64,000 bases of DNA from Candidatus Aenigmatarchaeota archaeon (GTDB lineage Archaea; Aenigmatarchaeota; Aenigmatarchaeia; CG10238-14; SCSR01). The notes beneath the pieces were generated by a model. That model was not told where the DNA came from, made no database searches, and was given only the letters and a program-made list of their open reading frames with translations. Of this stretch, positions 58,033-64,000 are shown one piece after another. The DNA is taken from contig JAHLMT010000002.1 in assembly GCA_018920185.1 (NCBI GenBank), positions 91,051-155,050 of the forward strand, in the 5' to 3' direction. Numbering within the stretch: the first letter of the stretch is position 1; every line of letters begins with the position of its first letter. Made by a program: the position numbers and the translations under genes.

Positions 58033-59282
58033 GGGTTGTAATCTCTCACTCTCTTATTGTAATTCTCAATGTAATTCCTAATAGCTTGGAGGGGTTCATC
58101 CACTAAATGAATAACTTCGTAATTATTAGATGTTATATCTCCGATTATTTTTAAGAGTTCTGAACCTCTTCTTAAGTGATCATTACCAACAATCATTATC
58201 GAGATTCCTCGCTCTGATCCTTGGAGTAATTGTTTATAAACATCGGAAATTTCTTCTTCACGTGCGTACATTCCCCAAGTTCTCTCCCTAGCATTTAGAG
58301 TAGTAAACTTAGCTAAATCTTTAACATATTTAGCAATATTTCTATAGGTCACACTCTCTATAGTCCCTTTTAAGCTGTTCAGAAGAGGAGAAAGTTCCTT
58401 AAATCTATTCCTAAATATTGTAGGATTCCTCGATTTCTTAAGTTCTTCTAATTCTTCTCTAACATGATTGAACGCATCATACATATCTTTAATTTCACTA
58501 AATACTTCACTACCATACCTATTCTTAACATGATCTGGCGCATTTAAGAGTATAGAGAGACTTCCTATCACTTCATCAAGAGGCTTTATCAGATAATTTT
58601 CTAGTTTTCTCCAAGGTTTACTGTAAAAGTCAGCAAATTCATCAGTAAATGGTAGCTTTTCGATCTTTTCGATACCTTTTCTTAATTCATGAAGATATTT
58701 ATCAATGCTCCCACTACCCACCTTTAATTTCATAAGCTCTTCTCTTTTTAAAGCCTGTTCAGACGTATGTGATGCATAAAGCAACGCCTTTTCATCCATT
58801 TCAATTATGTCAGCACCTACCTCTCTACAGGTTTGAATTATCTTTCTTAAAGCTTCTGTTTGATATGGGCTGACAACCTCTTTACCGCTCTCTATCTCCT
58901 TAACAGTCCCCAGAGGTAATTCAAGAAATACTCTCTTTGGTTTATATTTTCTGATCAGTTCTACCTCTTTGTCTACCTCTTCTTCTATTGCCTTTTTCAC
59001 TTCAGGCGTGTTATATATATCGGCAGCTTTTGCATGCACTTCCCCAATAACGACAAAACTTGGGTTTTGGGGTTCTTCAGATTTAAACAGGCGTGATACC
59101 AGTTCTCTAGGATTAAAGTTAACTAAAGAGGTCACCAAAAGTGAAATACCTATTATGCTACCGATAATATTTACAGAAATAGTGGTAACGGGAGAAATAA
59201 AACTTCCAGTAATTTTTGGTGAAAGTGAGAAGTATAAAATCAACAAGCCAAGAAGAAATACCCCAAGACGCCACCCACGCAT
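58020..59282 (-). CDS. Two-TM protein with EreA/ChaN/TraB-like domain
   Basis: VVIGEVH, RVFLEL, ARERTW, MIVGNDHL motif order. Confidence 0.6.
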   Translation of the reverse strand: MRGWRLGVFLLGLLILYFSLSPKITGSFISPVTTISVNIIGSIIGISLLVTSLVNFNPRELVSRLFKSEEPQNPSFVVIGEVHAKAADIYNTPEVKKAIEEEVDKEVELIRKYKPKRVFLELPLGTVKEIESGKEVVSPYQTEALRKIIQTCREVGADIIEMDEKALLYASHTSEQALKREELMKLKVGSGSIDKYLHELRKGIEKIEKLPFTDEFADFYSKPWRKLENYLIKPLDEVIGSLSILLNAPDHVKNRYGSEVFSEIKDMYDAFNHVREELEELKKSRNPTIFRNRFKELSPLLNSLKGTIESVTYRNIAKYVKDLAKFTTLNARERTWGMYAREEEISDVYKQLLQGSERGISIMIVGNDHLRRGSELLKIIGDITSNNYEVIHLVDEPLQAIRNYIENYNKRVRDYNPARK

Positions 59283-59440
59283 AATTAAATTTTATTTTAC
59301 GAATTTAAATATCTGTTAAAATTTACTTAAGAAATAGTTCTTCGAGTTTTAAATAAATAAATTAACTATGACTACTAATAAGAGCAGCTTTTACTATTTT
59401 TGATACCGTTCCCATACGGTGTAAGTGGACAATAAGAATT

Positions 59441-60166
59441 CTAATCCGAAGGAATTCTTTTTGATATAAAAATTTCCTTGAAAAAATCTTCTTGCTCACC
59501 AATAACTTTCCCATCATGCTCTAAATGCAACAAAGGAACAAACTTATTAACAATCTTATCCCTTTTCCATTCTTTCACAAGTTGAGAAAATTCTACCTTG
59601 TCAGTATGCAACTTTTCCATTAGTTCGTCTATTTCTTTCAGCATCTTTTGAGTTCTAATAGTTATATCCTCTTCAACTACATTAACTATGTCTAACTGTC
59701 TACGAACAACTTTTATTCTTTCTTCTTTTCTCTCTTTAACAGCAAGTGCTTTTCTCAGTGCCGCGATTAACTCTTCTAATGTTACTTGTCGCTTGGGTGC
59801 TCTTTTCATTGGATATCCAAGTTGAACAAGATTAGGATCAATCCCAAGTTCAGCAAATGGTTTATCTTCTTTTAACATTTCTTCTACAGATTCTTCCTCT
59901 TCTTCAAATATAGAAAGATAGTCAGCTTTTAACCTAAGCAAAATAGCAGCAACAAAAATGACTTTAGCTGGAATTCTGAAATCCAAGTCTTCTGCGTTCT
60001 TAATAAATTTAATGAAGCTATCCGTCAACTTTACTAGATTAACATCCCATGGATTCAGTTGTTCCAAGCTTACAATATAATAGATAACATCCTCCCAACT
60101 CTCCTTCTCAATAATCGTTTTTAAAATGTTTTCTTCTTGTGATTTTACTTCTTGTTTCACATTCAC
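59441..60166 (-). CDS. scpA: Kleisin ScpA
   Basis: LNPWDVNLVKLTD, AAILLRLKA, RQVTLEELIAAL, FVPLLHL, QEDFF. Confidence 0.9.
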   Translation of the reverse strand: MNVKQEVKSQEENILKTIIEKESWEDVIYYIVSLEQLNPWDVNLVKLTDSFIKFIKNAEDLDFRIPAKVIFVAAILLRLKADYLSIFEEEEESVEEMLKEDKPFAELGIDPNLVQLGYPMKRAPKRQVTLEELIAALRKALAVKERKEERIKVVRRQLDIVNVVEEDITIRTQKMLKEIDELMEKLHTDKVEFSQLVKEWKRDKIVNKFVPLLHLEHDGKVIGEQEDFFKEIFISKRIPSD

Positions 60167-62667
60167 ACCTTAGGCAATTCGAGTGCCATTATTTTGCTCT
60201 CACCATCTACCATCGAAACACCATAAACACGATCACCATATTTAATTGTAGTATCATTATGTGTTATGAGAATAAACTGTGCATTCTTAGAAAATTCTTT
60301 AATCATCTCAGCAACTATCTTACTATTTTCCTTGTCCAATGCAGCATCAACTTCGTCTAAAATGTAGAATGGTGCAGGTTTGTATTTTTGAATTGCAAAT
60401 ATGAATGCTAAAGCTGTTAATGATTTCTCACCACCAGACATAGCATCTATATTCAACAAAGTTTTGCCTTTAGGACTAGCTTTTATTATCAGTCCACTTT
60501 CGATATTGTTCGGATCTTCCAACTCCAAGCTTGCAGTGCCTTTTGTCATCTTTACAAAAATATTGTTGAATTCCTTACTGATTTCATTCAAAGTTTTGAA
60601 GAAAACTTCCTTTCTTTTCTCTTCTATTTCTTGTATCATCTGAAGAACAGCTTTCTTTTCCTCCAAAATTTTTTCATATTTTTCTTTATACCCTTCAAAT
60701 TCAACTTTGAATTTTTCAAATTCATCAATAGCTTTCAAGTTAACCAAACCAATTGATGCGAGTTCCCTTTCAATTTTTTTGATGAATTCTTCTAATGTAT
60801 GTAGTTTCTCGTCGACATAGGTCATCTCCCCATACTGTTCTAATTCAAATTTAGCATTTTGTAATTCGGTTTCTATTCTTGCCTTTTCTATATTGCGTGT
60901 GTTTATTTCTATCTCGAGATTAAGCTTTCTTTCATGCAATTTCCTTCTCCTCTCTCGTAATTTGTCAACTTCCTGTTCAGAAGCAATTCTCAATTTCTCT
61001 AAATCAATAAATTCTTTAGCTTCTTCAGATACACCAACTTTCTTTAGTTTCCTTTCCAACTCATTAACATCTTCTTTTAATGTCTCAACCTCATCACGCA
61101 ACCGATTTCTCAAATCAATGTATCTATCAATCTCTTGTTTCACAGATGCTTCAACAAATTTGGGATGAGATTTGACATAATAACCACCAACCATAGCTCC
61201 ACTTCGCTCGATTAAATCACCGTCCAATGTAACCATTCTTGCTTTGCCAATACCAACAGCACGTGCAGCATCTAAATTCTCAACAATCAAAGTATTACCA
61301 AAAACAAACTCTATAGCAGACATGAACTTTGTATCGTACTTTATCAGTTTGCTAGCAATTCCAATTACACCAGGCTTGTTTAACAAGGAAAGGTCACCAA
61401 AAAGTATAGGTCTAATCTTGTTCAAGGGCAGAAATGTAGCTCTACCGATTCTTTCTCTTCTCAGATATTCTATGCAATAACTAGCAACATCATCATTCTC
61501 AACAACAATATCATACAAATGTGGTCCAGCTGCAACTTCTACTGCAACTTGATATTTTTCTGGTACTGATATCAAGTTTGCGACAGTTCCAAATACACCA
61601 CGTAAATTCAACTTTATTATACTTTGTACAGCTCTAGGTATTTCTCCTGTTAATTCAGCTTTCTTAGATTCTAAAGCTTCAAGTCTTTCTATTAAATTAT
61701 TCAACCTTTCTATCTCACGAATGTTAGCATCAATTTTATCTTTCTTAATCAATAGTTGCGAACGCAATTCAGATATTTCTTTTTCAAGTTCGACCCTTTT
61801 TGACAATGCAATTAACTTATCGGCAACTTCTCTGATACTAGCCTCTTTTATATCTAGTTCGGTCTCAACTTCTTCTAATTCTTTACTTAACTTTTCATTC
61901 AATTCTTTCTTTTCAGCAAGAGCTTCTTCTATTTTTGTTAGTTGATCTTGTAAAATTTGCATTTTCTTATTTATAAAAGACGCTTTCAAAACTCTCAATT
62001 GTTGTTGAAGATTTTGATACTTGATTGCAGCATTTCTCTCTTCTTCCAATTTCTTGAAAATGTCATATCTCTGTGTGATGATTATCTCAGCTTCTTTTAG
62101 CTTCTGATCAACAGCATCCAAATCACCTTGAGCTTTCTCTTTCTTATCATTATACTCCGCTATTCCGGAGATCTCGTCGATTATTTGTCTACGTTCAACT
62201 GGGTTCATCTCAATTATTTCTGTTATATCACCTTGCAAGATTATGTTATGTCCGTCAGGATGTATCCTAGCGGCATTCAATGTCTGAAGAATCTTGTCGC
62301 GTGTAACAGTTCTGTCATTCATCTTATATACAGTCACCCCCTTCCGATTTACCTTTCTAACTATTGAGAGTTCATCACCTTCGACCGGAAAGACTTTTTT
62401 AGAATTATCAAAAGTTAATGTGACTGACGCAAAATCAGCAGGTTTCTTACCATTACCACCGTGGAAAATCAACTCGTGCAACCTATCGGCACGTAAAGAT
62501 TTAGCCGAAGTTCTACCTAACACAAATGCAATAGCATCTAATATGTTACTTTTACCAGAACCATTAGGACCAGCAATGCAATTGAATCCTGGAAGAAAAG
62601 GTATAGAGACGCGTCTGTTAAAACTCTTGAATCCTTGCATTGTTAACTTTGTTATAGCTGTATTCAT
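60163..62667 (-). CDS. smc: SMC protein with short coiled-coil arms (834 aa)
   Basis: GFKSF, GPNGSGKSN, hinge GVFGTV...RATFLPL...GAMVGG, MSGGEKS, LDEVDAALD. Confidence 0.95.
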   Translation of the reverse strand: MNTAITKLTMQGFKSFNRRVSIPFLPGFNCIAGPNGSGKSNILDAIAFVLGRTSAKSLRADRLHELIFHGGNGKKPADFASVTLTFDNSKKVFPVEGDELSIVRKVNRKGVTVYKMNDRTVTRDKILQTLNAARIHPDGHNIILQGDITEIIEMNPVERRQIIDEISGIAEYNDKKEKAQGDLDAVDQKLKEAEIIITQRYDIFKKLEEERNAAIKYQNLQQQLRVLKASFINKKMQILQDQLTKIEEALAEKKELNEKLSKELEEVETELDIKEASIREVADKLIALSKRVELEKEISELRSQLLIKKDKIDANIREIERLNNLIERLEALESKKAELTGEIPRAVQSIIKLNLRGVFGTVANLISVPEKYQVAVEVAAGPHLYDIVVENDDVASYCIEYLRRERIGRATFLPLNKIRPILFGDLSLLNKPGVIGIASKLIKYDTKFMSAIEFVFGNTLIVENLDAARAVGIGKARMVTLDGDLIERSGAMVGGYYVKSHPKFVEASVKQEIDRYIDLRNRLRDEVETLKEDVNELERKLKKVGVSEEAKEFIDLEKLRIASEQEVDKLRERRRKLHERKLNLEIEINTRNIEKARIETELQNAKFELEQYGEMTYVDEKLHTLEEFIKKIERELASIGLVNLKAIDEFEKFKVEFEGYKEKYEKILEEKKAVLQMIQEIEEKRKEVFFKTLNEISKEFNNIFVKMTKGTASLELEDPNNIESGLIIKASPKGKTLLNIDAMSGGEKSLTALAFIFAIQKYKPAPFYILDEVDAALDKENSKIVAEMIKEFSKNAQFILITHNDTTIKYGDRVYGVSMVDGESKIMALELPKV

Positions 62668-62975
62668 ACTATCGAGAATTTCTTTAATTAATAAATAATA
62701 TTTAAACTTTCTCTTACTTGAGTTTTTCTTGACTTTCAGCTCTTGAACCTCTCCATACTGGCAATAAACATAAAGCAGACTCTTTTAAACCTCTTCTAAA
62801 ACCATAATTTTTTATAAAGTTAACATGTATGTCGCAGATCACAGTTCTAAAAAGTCTGGGAACCGTGACAAGGTAGTACCCAAAAATGTATAACCATTCT
62901 CAAAAATAGAGTTTCTAAATTTCTCAACGATTCATCTTGCATCAACCCAAATGAGATATGGAATAAAAGATTAAC

Positions 62976-63236
62976 TTAAACAGTAAACATTCTCTTTAAA
63001 CTATCTGGAACTTCAAAAACTTTCAAATGCAATCCGGCATCGACATAAGCCCATACAATAAAAGCTGTTTCCAGAGCTTGTAAATATTGCTTCTTTTCAA
63101 AGAATGATTTAGAATCTTGATAATAAGAATTGAGAACTTTCAGCAATCCATCAGCTTTTGAATCTACTACTTTAAGATTTTGTATTATCTTTTCAATTCT
63201 TTCTATTTCTTTTTGAGCTTCCTTTTCTAGTTCCAT
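62976..63236 (-). CDS. DUF357 protein
   Basis: YYQDSKSF.EK...ALE...WAYVDAG. Confidence 0.8.
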   Translation of the reverse strand: MELEKEAQKEIERIEKIIQNLKVVDSKADGLLKVLNSYYQDSKSFFEKKQYLQALETAFIVWAYVDAGLHLKVFEVPDSLKRMFTV

Positions 63237-63240
63237 AGAA

Positions 63241-64000
63241 TCAACTAAAAGTTAGAATCTTTTCAATTATCTTTGGACGATGGCGTGCAATTACAAGGAA
63301 GAGTGCACCTACACCAATGAACATTCCACCAACCAGCTGAAGACCTGTGGGAAAATTATCCAAAAATACCATCGAGTAAATGAAAATCACAAACGGGTCT
63401 AATGCTCTAATAATTGCAACCTTGGACAACTCGGCCACCTCCAAAGCTTTGAAGAAGAATACAAATCCTGCTACAGCTGAAAGATTAGCGCCGATAAAAA
63501 CTAAAAGCATGATACTCGGAGGTGGTATAACTAAATTCATCCTTGATATAACGTAAATAGATACTACCAAAAAGGTGAATACTAACCTCAACGCATTAAA
63601 TACAACAGGTTCTATATGTTTAACGTAATTCTTCATGAAAAGTTGTTCTAAAGATACTACAAATGAAATGAATAATGCAAGAAACACCCCGGTTATTATA
63701 TGTTCCCCACCTTTGAATGTAATCAAAAATGCACCTAAAATCATTATAACAGCTCCCAAAATTTCGCCTTTGTTAAACTTTTCTTTGAGATAAACTACTC
63801 CAAGTGCGACTGTGAATATAGTAGAAAATCTCATCAAAAATCCTAAAGTAGACGATCCCACTAGTTTCAATGCCAAAAGCCAAAAAATCGATAGGACACC
63901 ACCCACAAATCCGAGAACTGCAATTGGTTTCCAATGGTTTCTGAGCAAGAATCTTGTTCTTTCCAATTTTTTAGTTATCACAAGCAAGATAAAAGCACCT
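63241..64000 (-). CDS. EamA/DMT family transporter (5' end outside window)
   Basis: Repeated TM pattern, LKEKF, FFKAL. Confidence 0.82.
   Translation of the reverse strand, partial: GAFILLVITKKLERTRFLLRNHWKPIAVLGFVGGVLSIFWLLALKLVGSSTLGFLMRFSTIFTVALGVVYLKEKFNKGEILGAVIMILGAFLITFKGGEHIITGVFLALFISFVVSLEQLFMKNYVKHIEPVVFNALRLVFTFLVVSIYVISRMNLVIPPPSIMLLVFIGANLSAVAGFVFFFKALEVAELSKVAIIRALDPFVIFIYSMVFLDNFPTGLQLVGGMFIGVGALFLVIARHRPKIIEKILTFS

Noticed and set aside
59404-59422. Hairpin ACCGT-TCCCAT-ACGGT downstream of scpA
   Set aside because: Short stem expected by chance; no supporting context
1341-62698. Numerous antisense and nested ORFs in the track (e.g. 1788-2321, 22142-22693, 37633-38415, 60401-62698)
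   Set aside because: They lie opposite or within well-supported genes and have shadow-ORF composition
62700-62975. Possible pseudogene remnant between smc and DUF357
   Set aside because: Short broken frames with no recognisable motif
1-64000. CRISPR arrays, tRNA, rRNA, integrase or transposase genes
   Set aside because: No repeat-spacer periodicity, cloverleaf, GC-rich RNA island or recombinase motifs were seen by eye; a covariance search could still find small RNAs

Overview
AT-rich, gene-dense archaeal window. Archaeal evidence: TIP49/RuvBL, split ADP-forming acyl-CoA synthetase, class III signal-peptide pilin, PGF-pre-PGF surface glycoprotein, DUF357, TATA boxes with apparently leaderless starts. 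The gene repertoire looks DPANN-like (inference only). No rRNA, tRNA or CRISPR array was seen. Main blocks: (1) chaperone and fermentation genes (CapA, Zn-ribbon/HSP20 plus RuvBL, acdA/B, gdh) with interspersed ORFans, one resembling an ADP-ribosyltransferase; (2) an HxlR-Trx-TrxR redox module with unannotated metal-binding microproteins; (3) an arginine-catabolic cluster (COG2403 ArcE-like enzyme, carbamate kinase, OTC, nearby class III aminotransferase and aldehyde dehydrogenase); (4) a ~16 kb disulfide/copper island (VKOR-Trx, CcdA-like, DoxX, TrxR, CopA, DsbA); (5) lhr, surface proteins, and smc-scpA-[insert]-scpB with an SMC whose arms are about half the usual length. The strongest candidate for an undescribed system is in block 4: a membrane-anchored wHTH regulator bracketed by two identical perfect 14-bp palindromes, followed by an operon of Cys/His/Met-rich membrane proteins whose gaps each hold a Cys-rich micro-ORF. 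An orphan IS200/IS605-end or omegaRNA-like element sits at the island edge. Several decaying pseudogenes (DoxX-like, MNT-HEPN, a toxin-antitoxin remnant) and two dispersed repeats were found by reading the DNA. All family assignments come from motif recognition by eye, with no database search.
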